A stretch of 64,000 nt of DNA. Source: Octopus bimaculoides. Its lineage: Eukaryota. The stretch covers positions 4,360,319 through 4,424,318 of the forward strand of contig NC_068989.1 of NCBI RefSeq assembly GCF_001194135.2, read 5' to 3'. How positions within the stretch are numbered: position 1 is the stretch's first letter; each line of letters starts with the position of its first letter. A program made the translations under genes and the position numbers. Positions 1-11,680 of the stretch are shown here, in pieces. Under the pieces are notes generated by a model. It saw nothing but the letters and a program-made list of their open reading frames with translations, was not told the DNA's origin and made no database searches.

Positions 1-349
1 ATGTTGCCAGATGGTTACTCAGTGGTATTTGGCGGACTTCTGGGTTTTTAATCTGTTGTCGATGTACCCGTGAGCGTTCCGATAGTGCATTACCTGTCTG
101 GCCAACGTACAGTTCTTCACAATTAGGGCATTTGATGCAGTAGATTAGATTTCTACTTTTGCAGTTCATGTTCGCATTGGTGAATATTTTCCCTGTTTTT
201 GTGTTCATATATGGGCCGGTATGGATTGATCGGCATGTACCGCATCGGCTATCATTGCATTTGGATACAGTGAATGTTTGATTTTTGTTGCTGAGGTCAA
301 ACCTTGCCTTTGTTAATAGCTTTTTCAAGTTTTTAGGTTGTCTCGCGGA
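1..349 (-). mobile_element. Penelope-like retroelement (PLE) GIY-YIG endonuclease fragment, runs off the window start
   Basis: Hand translation of the minus strand from 340 gives 113 codons with no stop: QPKNLKKLLTKARF...KCNDSRCGTCRSI...NCKSRNLIYCIKCPNCEELYVGQTGNALSERSRVHRQQI...LSNHL. This has the CxxxRCxxC knuckle, IYCIxCxxC-YVGQT (GIY-YIG) and the R/H residues typical of PLE endonucleases. It is absent from the supplied ORF track. Confidence 0.85.
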
Positions 350-528
350 ACCGTTAGCACATCAGGGAAAATGCTTAGCGGCATTTCGCCCGACTTTATG
401 TTCTGTGTTATAATTCCGCCGTGATCGATTTTGCCTTTCATCTTCTCGTAGTCGATATAGTATGCACCAGCTGAACGCTGGAGTCCCCTCCTCCAAACCT
501 GCCGGCCTTGTGCCAAAATCTGAAACCG
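341..528 (+). mobile_element. tRNA-derived SINE, family 1 (octopus OK-like), degenerate copy abutting the PLE
   Basis: Matches the recurring body gttagcac..gaaatgcttagcggcatttcg..aattccgcc..gattttgcctttcatc..gccttgtgccaaaatctgaaacc seen at more than 15 places in the window. Confidence 0.75.
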
Positions 529-651
529 ATGTTGTACAAGCATATGAATAGTAGAACATGGATTGAGCAGCATAGTACAACAATATTATTTATACTACAA
601 CCGGCCTAACAATTATAGTTGGAGTGAATCTTAATCAACAACTTAACATGA

Positions 652-868
652 ATGTCGTTTTAGAACACAGTATACTGCTTTATTTACGCTAAGAGAATCG
701 CTCAGGACTCGTGGTGCATAAAAGCACTCGTAATTATATCGCTGGCAAACGTGACGTATTTATACCGTTTCCTGACGATATGAGTACGAGTGCTTCTATG
801 CACCACAAATCCATATGAGAGGTTCTCTCACGCTAAATAACGCAGTATTCTGTGTTCTTATACAACAT
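652..868. repeat. Long imperfect inverted repeat (MITE-like foldback)
   Basis: Arm 652-740 is reverse-complementary to arm 777-868. The inner 30 bp gtggtgcataaaagcactcgtaattatatc vs the reverse complement gtggtgcatagaagcactcgtactcatatc match at about 26/30. Confidence 0.8.
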
Positions 869-1799
869 CTAGGTTACATTGGAGATAAACATTACCTTTT
901 CGTGTTAATACTGTTTCTGTCTCTATTAATCATAGTTGGAATATTTTTTTGTTACTTCTCATTGTAGTCATAATATAATTAGAATAATTATTGTTGTCTA
1001 TGATACACTAACTTTATCACCCACTTATGTAATACTTCAAATTTCAATGCCTAATACGATAGACACGTGCATTAATAATAATAAGATTAAACAATAACAT
1101 TATAATATTCAACAATATTAATTATAATTAACACTAAATATGCTAGAAATAAAATTAATCATGATAATATTAGAGATAATAATACCCTCAATAATATAAA
1201 TTGAATTATCAATAACGACAGTAAAATCTTCAACTTTAATACAATTGCCGTTTAGATTAATTATAATAAGCATATTATACTCACCTACAAAGGTCAATAA
1301 TTTCATAATTTTCCTTTTTAAATTTTTAGTATTTGATTATTCTAGTATAGTTTTATTCATTATTTAGAGCACAATTTTACCAACAACTCAGTAAGTTTTG
1401 AAAGTGTTCGCACATAGTATATTCTTACCTTGAACCAATATATTTTAATGATGTTCTATAATTAACTATACTTTAATTAGACACTTATAGCGTTACACCT
1501 TTCTCCTTTCTCTATAGATTATAAACCTCGATGATTTTCTTCCTGAGTGATTCTATTGTTTATACGTGGTTGCTTCTCTTTTCAAAGATGGTACTTCATT
1601 AATTTTTAATATTTCTTCATTATTCTAGATTTAAGTATTTACTTTATTTTACTTCAATTCCAAAACTAGTAAACTCCCAAACCCATTAGTTACACTTTCT
1701 AGCATACTTCATAACTATTTTCTGATATTCTAATTCTTTCACCTTTTAACTTTTAATTCTATAAAAATATTAGTAAGTATACATTACGTAACATATATA

Positions 1800-1931
1800 C
1801 AGGGTGCGATAGCTTTCGAAGAATTCCTGGATGAACATTTCCAACAAATTCCAAATAAGCCACCTACACCCGGATATATCTCTGCAAACAATAACTCTTT
1901 ACTCGAATGTGCTATGGTACCCAACATATGA
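1800..1931 (+). mobile_element. 3' end of a CR1/L2-type LINE ORF2
   Basis: Translates QGAIAFEEFLDEHFQQIPNKPPTPGYISANNNSLLEC..*, resembling the FKxxLDxFLxxIPDxPxxPGY...NSL C-terminus of invertebrate CR1-group LINEs (recalled motif). Confidence 0.6.
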
Positions 1932-2294
1932 TTGTAACATCATTAAATGTCTTTTCCAATTGGTGCTGTGAAGTTAGTGATGTCTTTTCCTACCGTACCC
2001 TCAAACAACCAATAACACCATCTACAAGAATCAAAAGGAGATAAACAATGCATCAAGAATCTGTCGTTTTTTCTCGGTCGATACCTCATCAATTTGTTTT
2101 CGAAATAGTTTTCTCTATTACAATTATGGAGGGTTGAAACAATGGTTGTAAATTTATCCCTCGCTTTTCCTTCGCGATCAAAACGAAATTTCATAAAATA
2201 AAATTTGCGAATTATTCGCTAAAACCATCGTGCTAGATTATTTCCTTTTTGTATTTGGTTTGCAAGATATTTGGTATGAGCATGGAACTCGACA

Positions 2295-2440
2295 AACAAA
2301 CAGACAAGTCTAAAGCGGACCTAGAATACAAAGAGCGTCATTAACGATGTCACGAAATGGCGGTGAAATAAATTCGACAAACCCAACTGTTTGATTGATT
2401 GGCCGAACGATTAATCACACAATCTATTTGTTAATTGGTC
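2295..2440 (-). mobile_element. Truncated second copy of the MITE at 32947-33147
   Basis: cagacaagtctaaagcggacctagaata, gtcacgaaatggcgg and ccgaacgattaatcacacaatc match the reverse complement of the interior and arm of the 32947-33147 element. Confidence 0.65.
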
Positions 2441-2626
2441 AAATGATTAACCCATTCCCAAATAAAGAATAAGGAAATGAAACAGAAGCAGTGGGTGTGT
2501 TTATTATGGGCATAATGTCTCTGCCGAGATACAATAATATTGGGCTAGAGTTGTCTTCCGCCAAATCAAAACTGTTCTTGTTGTCTTCTGATGAAAGGCG
2601 TCCTGTCACAACCGTCCCACATTTTT

Positions 2627-2669
<43 letters not shown>

Positions 2670-3547
2670 CCAGAGACTACATTGTCTAATGCATCGAGAT
2701 TTGGCTGCTGTATATAACAGGTCAAACAACTACGAACAGTTCCACCTTTATTGATTTTTTATATATATATATTTCAATCATGTAGGATAGTATTTATTGT
2801 ATTCGGTATATTTAGTTAGATTGGATTGGTAGAAACACAGCTATTTTATTTATCTGCCTTAATATCAGCCTACAGAAAGAGAAGTTAAAAAGTTCACTAA
2901 TAGATGGAACGAATTAAACAATAAGATATAAATAGCCGAAGAAACAAAAACGCTATTAATATACAACTTGTGAGTGGACCCAAAGTCACTTCTGAAGGTG
3001 TGCCTTGTTTGTGTTGTTATGGAACCCCAGGCCAGTTTTAACTAGTGTGCAGGTAGGCGTGTCCCATCCTTTCTTGATGAATTGCGTACTATGCGGACTT
3101 GCTGTTTCTCTCTTCCGTTCGATACTATTTCTGTAGATCACCAATGTTTTTTTTTGTTATTGCTGCTGCTGCTGATGTTGCTATTGTTGTTGTTGTTTAG
3201 CTCTGATTGTTGTTTAGCTAACTGCATGCATGCATGCATACATACATACATACTTAGTCAGTCAATCGGTTGGTTAGTTGGTTAATCGTTGGTTGGATGC
3301 ATGGATAGATAGATGGGTACTGATATCATATTATATTAGATATCAACAAGTTCGCTTGGCAACCCTGTGGTTTCTGGTTTATTCCCGCTTCACAGCACAT
3401 TGACCAACCAATGCCATTTAAGTGAAAATATTTTTAGGCAAAATCTCTACTGACTGCATCAGACGTTGTTTTCAAGTCGCTTTTGTAGTAATCCTTCAGG
3501 TACCTGATGGTTTTGTAATCCAACCCCTTCATCAACCAAGTCACAAG

Positions 3548-3841
3548 CGCTATCTTAGGACAAAACTGAGAATGTCTTGTCGTGAATTCGTCATGAATAA
3601 AAAAAAGTCATAGAAAGAGCTACGGGATTCCATCGCCGCAAGGCAGTAGAAGATGCTAGATCACGTGCTGCACATAAGAAAAGAACCGTGAGAACTTCTC
3701 TTGTGTGAAATCTAGAGGAAAAGGTAAGAGATGCGATAAACCTGCTAAAACGTGGTTGAGAACTCTGGAAGTATAAACCTGGCAGACAGGGATCTAATCT
3801 GAAAGCAGTCTTGTGACATGGAATCTGACCGTACTGAATGG
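3548..3841 (+). mobile_element. Decayed 3' end of an RTE-clade LINE
   Basis: RYLRTKLRMSCREFVMNKKKS*KELRDSIAARQ*KMLDHVLHIRKEP*ELLLCE followed (frameshifted) by a GKR..KPAKTWLR-like segment. It matches the RTE C-terminal RxLRxILxIxW..TN..RRQLRxLGHVxR..GRPxKTW pattern, with stops and frameshifts. Confidence 0.7.
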
Positions 3842-4492
3842 AGAGCTTTCGCTTTCTGATACTCTTTGAGGACCAGAAGGAACGTGATATAATTCTTCTT
3901 TCAAAGAAGTGTTAGTTACTATAATGAATGGAGCTTTATATTAAATTTATTCACATAAATTTAGCTTGGAAAAGCTTGAAGTCTACTTATCGAGAGTAGA
4001 CAGAAAAAAAAGTCAGGATTGAAATATAACGTGTAGAGATTATATTTCTACGCGCTGTCTACATACAAAAATATTGCTAGAAAAATTTTGAGCCAAGTTT
4101 GAAATTTAAAAACTTATACACAACCACAAAGCGAAACACAACCACAAAAGTTATACTTGACACAATTATCATTTTCGTTCCAGGTGGATTTATGAACAAT
4201 TTGAATAGATTCTCCAACCGAGTAAATATCTTTTTATAATATTTGCAAATATTTTAGTCTTTAATATGCAGGAGAAGGTTCATAAATTTCTCTAGCATCT
4301 ATATCCATTTGTGGATTCGTTCAACTGGTTTGTTAATAGTGTCAAGGCTAGACAAAATTGTAGAGTAGCTTATAATTTCCCTGGGGTTATAGGACTGGTT
4401 TTAAGAATCTCCTTTTTGCTTTTCCGTTAAGAGCAGAACAAGCTAAACTAAAGGACGGCTGGTGGATTTTCACCCATGTTAAGGTGAATAGT

Positions 4493-4871
4493 GGATGCGC
4501 AATGGCCTAGTGGTTAGTGCAGCTGACTCGCGGTTATAGGATCGCGGTTTCGATTCCCAGACCGGGCGTTGTGTGTGTTTATTGAGTGAAAACACCTAAA
4601 AAAGCTCCACGAGGCTCCGGCAGAGGATGGTAGCGAACACTGCTGTACTCTTTCACCACAACGTTCTCTCACTCTTACTTCCTGTTTCTGTTGTGCCTGT
4701 AATTCAAAGGGTCAGCCTTGCCACACTATGTCACGCTGAATATCCCCGAAAACTACGTTAAGGGTACACGTGTCTGTGGAGTGCTCAGCCACTTGCACGT
4801 TAATTTCACGAGCAGGCTGTTCCGATGATCGGATCAACTGGAATCCTCGACGTCGTAAGCGACGGAGTGCC
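4493..4871 (+). mobile_element. Full-length tRNA-derived SINE, family 2 (octopus OR-like)
   Basis: A box tggcctagtggt and B box ggtttcgattcc, then a body ending gatcaactggaatcctcgacgtcgtaagcgacggagtgcc. A degenerate homologue lies at about 41930-42200. Confidence 0.75.
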
Positions 4872-6729
4872 TGTACAACTAATAGTTTAATTCATAAAAC
4901 CGAAAGTTGTTCTACGTTTCATTGGTCGGTTTGAATGTTGATTATCTTTACATCGTTTTATAGATCCTTTTATCCCATTGTTAATTTCTTAAAATTGACT
5001 ATCTCTTTATCGTATTTCTTTAGCTAATTTAGTTGCTGTACTTTTTCCTATTGCATAACTACATCCTGTTTACTGGTTTACTTGAATCGTTAATTTATTC
5101 ATCCCATATTCACTGGTTGGTGCAGTAGTTCTCATCTATTTTTCATTGCGTCATTCACATTCTCATTTCCTGATTATTTCATATCTTAAGTCAGCAAAGA
5201 TATTTTTAACATACTCGTTTCTTGTTTTATTATTAATTTATTGTTTTCTCTACGTCATGGATTATTATGCAAAGCCACCAAGGAAATAGGCACGGCCGCT
5301 GGAACTAGCTCAAGATTGCTGTGATTTGTAAGAGTCCGCAAGTGGAACCCTTCATTTGGTGTAGACCAGTTCAGCTCTCGCTGCCCCCACTCAGGCGAAG
5401 CGTATAGACTAAGGAGAGAAACGCTTGTGGCCCTGAGATATCTGCTGACGATACGGAAGCGTTTCCAGCATTGCAAGAGAGTTAGCCGAGATTTCAAAGC
5501 GTCTGAGCAGCACCTGCAGTTTCTGCGTGCGGAAAAGCATCTCCGATGTTTATTGCATTGATTTCACCCATAATATCTAAAGTTGCTGAATGGTTTGGAT
5601 ATAATTTGGAGTGTACATTTATTTGAACTATTATATTATTTCGTGGATAGATTTGTATAGTTGTTGCTTTGTGTAGGCTTTGTTGTGCCTTCCTTAGTAT
5701 CATTCCCACCGTTGCTACGTCATCGTATGCTTATCTGTTCGGCAGTTTCCATGACGGTTTTCGAAATATATATCCTGGTGTCTATAACGTGACAGCACCT
5801 CATTTCTTTTCATCACGAATCATATTATTGCGTAGTTATCTTTCATTTTTCAACCAAGCAAACAGCCTATGTCCCGGAAACCTTTACATAGAACCAGCAC
5901 AATCAATTAACGTTGAGGTATTTATTTTTATATTATTCTAACTTATGTCTGTGTCAAAATAGTTTTTCGATTCTTCTATAAATATTGCGAAACAATTATC
6001 TGTTTTGCGAATTTGGATTTGTTGTTTATATCTGGATTTTTTGCTTGTTATTCTAATATAGTCTTTGTCGGTTTATCTCTCTTGTAATGCTTTGATTTTG
6101 TAGTGTACTTTTTTCAGTGTACTTAACGTCCTCTTCATGAGCATACTTTTTTTCCTTTGTAGCCGATCTGAATTCGTGTTTGAGCTTCGGGTAATTTTAG
6201 GATCATTCATGGTTAAGTTTGCAAGCTTTTCACTTCCGATGCAACTGTAGCAAATTTTTGTGTTGTTCCTACTGAGTAGCTTTCTCTATAGATGATCGGT
6301 TGATAACTGTTTAATGATTACTATTAAGAAGCTCTTTTATCCCATTTACTACTAACGCTAAAGGTACAGAGTGGGTTGCACCAAGTGGTGTTTCTTTTTT
6401 AGCTTTTTTTTCTGGTTTATGGGCCGCTTGTGTGGCTTTAGCCATGTATTTTAATTTTTTTCTTTCAACACCCCGACTTTTTAGGCATCATTTTAGACTG
6501 TTGGTTCGGAAGATACTGCGGAGTTTATTAAGCTTATGTGGCTTATTAAATTTTATTTTTTTATTATAGAATACGGGATATCTGAGTGTTTAATTATATA
6601 TAGCAGTATGTTGTTAGTTTTATGAAGAGTATTTGTTAGAGTTTATGAATCGATATCTTTATTGACAATTCAAATGCATATGCGTTTGTATATCTCGATG
6701 CCTGTATGTACGTGTATATAAAGGTACGA

Positions 6730-6960
6730 AGACCTGTTGATTAGAATGTTGAACTTACAAACGCGTGATTATGATTTCGATATCTGGACCGGGAGGTTCT
6801 TTGCATTCTTGAGCAAAACACTTCATTTCACATTAGTTTGCGATCAATTCGACATCTGACTTGTTGTTACACCGTGCAGCACATCTACAGGAATATCGAT
6901 TTGATGGAAGGTGTGAGCTAATATGCAGTACAAGCATTTGATCTTTATACCTATGCAGGT
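6730..6960 (+). mobile_element. Degenerate tRNA-derived SINE with the shared head and a different body
   Basis: gattagaatgttgaac..gatttcgatatctggaccggg..ttcttgagcaaaacacttcatttcac head, as at 48969-49090. Confidence 0.5.
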
Positions 6961-8888
6961 TATTCAGTAAGAAGCTGCGAAATGCTCATCAGTTATACAT
7001 AAAAGTAAAGCCCATTACTCCGCTATGCATATATAAGATCAGACACTTTCTCAAAATAACAACGCACATTATATATATATATAAAGATAAATTAAATAGA
7101 GAGATATTATTGACAATCCAATAATTTATTTATATTATAATATTACATGATATATTATGAATATAATATAACATAATACCATATGACATAAACAATTATT
7201 TAAAAAAAACATAAAAATCCAACAAATTGTTTCGAGTTATATACATATTTATATGGTATTCAAATGGCGTACCAGTGAGTTGGGTGTTTAACGCGCCCCT
7301 TTGAAGGATCTCTTTTGCTCCGTTTCTTACTTTATATATACCGATGCATTATGGCTCATTACCTAAGAAGTTCTCTTCCTGTTACACAAGGTCCCGTGTT
7401 CTACCTTGCAGAGTGAAGTGATATCTTGAGCAAGTCTCTTCCTATAGCATCGTATCGGTTCGTGCTTTGTGAGTCAAACTGAATAAGCAGAGACTATATG
7501 AAGACTATTGTGTAGATTGTACTTCATTTACTTTGATAGTTGAGGTACTTTATATATTTACTTATTAAATGGTTTTATATATGTTCTTATATATTTTCCG
7601 TATGAATTTCATCATATTACATTTTTTTCGCTTGTGTTTTTTTATCCACTTCCATTGTCAGCTTTCATTTTTTTACTGCTATTACTAGTCCTAAAAGAGC
7701 TGCCACGGTCCACCCTATTTTTCCATGACCAATCAAGCAAGACATTCTAAACACCTTTGTTCCTATCAAGCCATGGCCTATATTTAATGTCACTGGATGT
7801 TGTATAAGTAATCTCACCCTGCTCACTTGAAATAATTATCAATAAAACCATTCATTATTTATCAATTATCATTCACACTCAGGATTCTATAAAAGGAACA
7901 GCTATTCAGGAAAACCCTATCTTTACACACTCGTTCAAACACAAAACAAAAATCCACATAGAAGGGCAAATAACACGACCATCCCCTCCAAACCGCTCTA
8001 AAAGTAATAATAATAAGAAGAACAACGTTCAAACTGTTGCTTTTCATTACACATCGCATTTTTTGCCATATTGTATGTTGCCAATCATATTCTGGGTTTC
8101 TAACATGCACACTCACACACACGTGAGTTCAACGTGTGTGTGTGTCTGTGAATGTGTGTGTATTTAGCTGCATTAGCGCAAGTAGTGATTAGGAATAATT
8201 TGACATATTTTAACTTCTAAAGGTAAATTCCCTGCCGTTACCGTGTAGAAAAAATATTTCTCTTATGATAAAAGATATAAAGACACCATATCTGCCCAGT
8301 GTTTTTGTTCTGGCTAATTCTCAGATGCGAGTTTGTGGCTCTTTGGCCTTACTCAACGGGAAATACCGAAGAGAGATAACCCAGCGTTTATTCAAAATCC
8401 TAGTTTCAACATCGGTGACTGATAGATAGCTTTCTTGTCGTAGGTTACGGTGATGGAGAGAAGAGTAGGAAAAGGAATGCAATTCATAGATAGGAAATGG
8501 AAAGGAAGACAAAGAAGAGTGAAAAGGAAGAAATGCCGGAAAAGGAAGAGAAAAGAGTTAAGAAGAGACCGGGGAGTAAAAGAAAAGAGGAGAAGAAAAA
8601 TAAGAGAAAGAAAATGAATAAAAAACAGAAAGAGAGAGAGAGAGAAAAGGAAAATAACTAGGGAACAGGTGTTTGAAGAATACAATTTGGAATAGCTGAT
8701 GAGGAACTATTACAAGTAATAAATAAAAGCTAGTAAAATAAAACCAACAGGACAGTTAAAATAACAGGGATGCTGAATAAGTAGGATGGACTATATAGCA
8801 AAGTAGTAAACAAAATACGGAATAATATAAAAATTTTGGGGATGAATAAGACAGGTGTAAATAATGTATCTAAAATTACTGGAAAGAA

Positions 8889-8890
<2 letters not shown>

Positions 8891-8946
<56 letters not shown>
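8891..8946. repeat. (AAT)n microsatellite
   Basis: Direct reading. Confidence 0.95.
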
Positions 8947-8947
<1 letters not shown>

Positions 8948-9253
8948 GAGCACTCAGACAGCGTAAACCTCCGCCAAGGCAACACCAACGTCCTCTCAAC
9001 AATTAGCCGGAGATCATTTTTAAAATGAGAATATCTGAAATAAAGTAAATATAACAAATAATCTAGAATCCTTGTTCGGTACCGGTTCAATCCCAAAATC
9101 GAATCAGTTCGTGCCAGGTACGCGGCCAAACATCCCTGAAAGTTTCATCCCAATCCATCCAGCGGTTCTTGAGATACCGTGTCCACGGACAAACAAACAA
9201 ACAAACAAAGACGACTGAAACAATACCTCTGCCTTCGCAAAGGCGGAGGTAAT
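8943..9253 (+). mobile_element. Non-autonomous Helentron/DINE-1-like element (HINE)
   Basis: Subterminal ACCTCCGCC at 8967-8975, an internal (CAAA)n microsatellite, and a 3' hairpin ACCTCTGCCTT-cgca-AAGGCGGAGGT (9225-9250) whose 3' arm is the inverse of the 5' motif. It adjoins an (AAT)n tract. Confidence 0.6.
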
Positions 9254-10593
9254 AAAGTAAAAATGTTTCTCGTTTTGTTCCTGCTTTAGTTTTTGATAAT
9301 GTTAAGAATTTTTATGCAGCCTTTCAATATTTTTACATTTTGATGGACTTCGTTATCTTTCTATCATCTAATTTTTCGTCTAATAATTTTTTTCCTAAAC
9401 ATTTAATCGAATTATCTCTTTTATCTTTTATTTTGAAGGCACCGAAGTGAAGAATTTTTAGTTGAATGAATCGACCCCAGTAATTACATTTTTTCGCCTA
9501 GCACCGTTCTTCTATTGGGCCCTGGCCGAACCGCTAAATCACAGGGACATAAACACACCAACACCGGGTTGTCAGGTGATGATGGAGACACATACAAACA
9601 CACGCACACACACACATATATATATTTATATACACGACGGGCTTCTGTAAATTTCCGCCTACCTAATTCACTCAGAAGGTGTTGGTTTGTCCGACGCTAC
9701 AATAGAGGACACTTGCCCAAATTTCCACGCAATGAGACTGAACCCAGAACCATATGGTTTGGAAGCAAGCTTCATTATTTCTTTTAAATTGCCATAAAGG
9801 TATTACATAAAGGGGGACACTACAACACATGTGGGGACATATAACAATTGAATGACACATGACGATGAACATGAAAAACATTAAAATCAAAATATTAAAA
9901 TAATGATACATATGCATAAAGATATACGTATATAATATATTTATATATATATANNNNNNNNNNNNNNNNNNNNNNNNNNNNNNNNNNNNNNNNNNNNNNN
10001 NNNNNNNNNNNNNNNNNNNNNNNNNNNNNNNNNNNNNNNNNNNNNNNNNNNNNNNNNNNNNNNNNNNNNNNNNNNNNNNNNNNNNNNNNNNNNNNNNNNN
10101 NNNNNNNNNNNNNNNNNNNNNNNNNNNNNNNNNNNNNNNNNNNNNNNNNNNNNNNNNNNNNNNNNNNNNNNNNNNNNNNNNNNNNNNNNNNNNNNNNNNN
10201 NNNNNNNNNNNNNNNNNNNNNNNNNNNNNNNNNNNNNNNNNNNNNNNNNNNNNNNNNNNNNNNNNNNNNNNNNNNNNNNNNNNNNNNNNNNNNNNNNNNN
10301 NNNTATATATATATATATATATATATATTTATTTATTTATTTAAACGCATATGCACCTACAAATGCCTGGAGATATATCTACTCATATAAATATACATAT
10401 GGATATATTTACATACATACCTACGCTCGCACATACGTATAAACATATACGTATGTGTGTGTGCGCGCCTGTGTGTGTGTAAGTCTGTGTATGTTGTGGA
10501 GAAGGACAGAAAAGAATTGAGAACGAGAGAAAAAGAAAGTGTGAAAGGCAAAAAGAAACAGAAAGTGAAAGACCAGAAGGACGAATGTCTGAT

Positions 10594-10594
<1 letters not shown>

Positions 10595-10655
<61 letters not shown>
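10595..10655. repeat. (GA)n microsatellite
   Basis: Direct reading. Confidence 0.95.
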
Positions 10656-10657
<2 letters not shown>

Positions 10658-11560
10658 GGTGCGGAGAAAAGAATAATTAAAGGAAACTGTGAAGAAAATG
10701 GTAAGAAAATGGGATGAAGAAAATGAGAAATACAGCGGAAGAATAGAAGAGAAAGACGTGGTGCGAAAAAAGGGGAGTGGTAAGAGGTTGGAATAAGGAG
10801 GCGAAGGTGGAGCAAGTAAATAGAGAGTTGGTTAAATAGTGAGAGAGTGAGAGTTATGTGTGGGAGAGATATTTAGGCGGGGGAGGGTTGTTAATGAGGA
10901 AAAGAGTAAGTGTTGTAGAATGTATGAGTGAGGGATGAGAGGCAGTAATAAGAAGAGACAGAGGAGAAAAGAGAAAACGATAAAGTGAGAGATACAGAAA
11001 GAAAGAACATGAGAAAGGTTTTGGTAATCTGGCTATTTTCTCCCACGTCTTTGCCTAGCTTTACTTTTACTTCTCACCTGAAATCGTGTGGGGGCGGGGT
11101 TGTTAGGTAAGAAGTTTTCTACTCCAGCCACAGGTTTTCGGTTTCTGTCCCGCCATGGGCAAGTGTCTGCTGCAATAGCCTCGGACTGACCAAAACCTTG
11201 TGAGAGAATTTGGTCAACGAAGTTGATTTCGCTCGTTACATTTTCTGGGGTTTATCAAGCAAAACAACCACTTAAGTAATGGGTTAGATTTCGTTGATTC
11301 TGCTTACGTCCTTGCCCACCCCCAGAAAAAAATATTTCGTTTCTTGTCGACGATTAAAATCGTTACATTTTTCAAATACAACGTTATTATTATTATTCGA
11401 TTTCATTCAGTCTTGGTCTGACTCCCTTAATATTTTTTGTGGGTAGCGGGTTACTATTTGTAACCTTAGATATCCACATACTTTCAATAATCTTTCAAGT
11501 ATTCAAAGGGTCTTCTTATATTCTTCTCATTTCTTCAGAGAATATTAGTTTTATCATCAT

Positions 11561-11680
11561 TAAGGCGGCGAGCTAGCAGGACTGTTAACACGCCGGGAGA
11601 AATGCTTAGCGGTCAATGTAACTGACTGCCCACCTTCCCCAAAAAATACGGACCTTGTGCCTATATTAGAAAGGATTATT
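11561..11680 (+). mobile_element. SINE family 1, internally deleted, with an (ATT)n tail
   Basis: The head ttaaggcggcgagctagcagga..gaaatgcttagcgg joins directly to the 3' part gtaactgactg..ccttgtgcctatattagaaagg. Confidence 0.75.

Noticed and set aside
900-1790. Asn/Ile-rich open stretches in very AT-rich DNA
   Set aside because: Consistent with degenerate (AAT)n-derived sequence; there are frequent stops and no recognisable domain.
4493-4565. tRNA-like sequences with A and B boxes (also 26160-26235 and 48969-49045)
   Set aside because: They continue into SINE bodies and lack a convincing acceptor stem; they are SINE heads, not tRNA genes.
5417-5463. Canonical CTGACGA followed by GAAG within a gaaacgctt/aagcgtttc hairpin
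   Set aside because: There is no stem II, A15.1 is G, and no stem I can form independently of the core, so it is not called a hammerhead.
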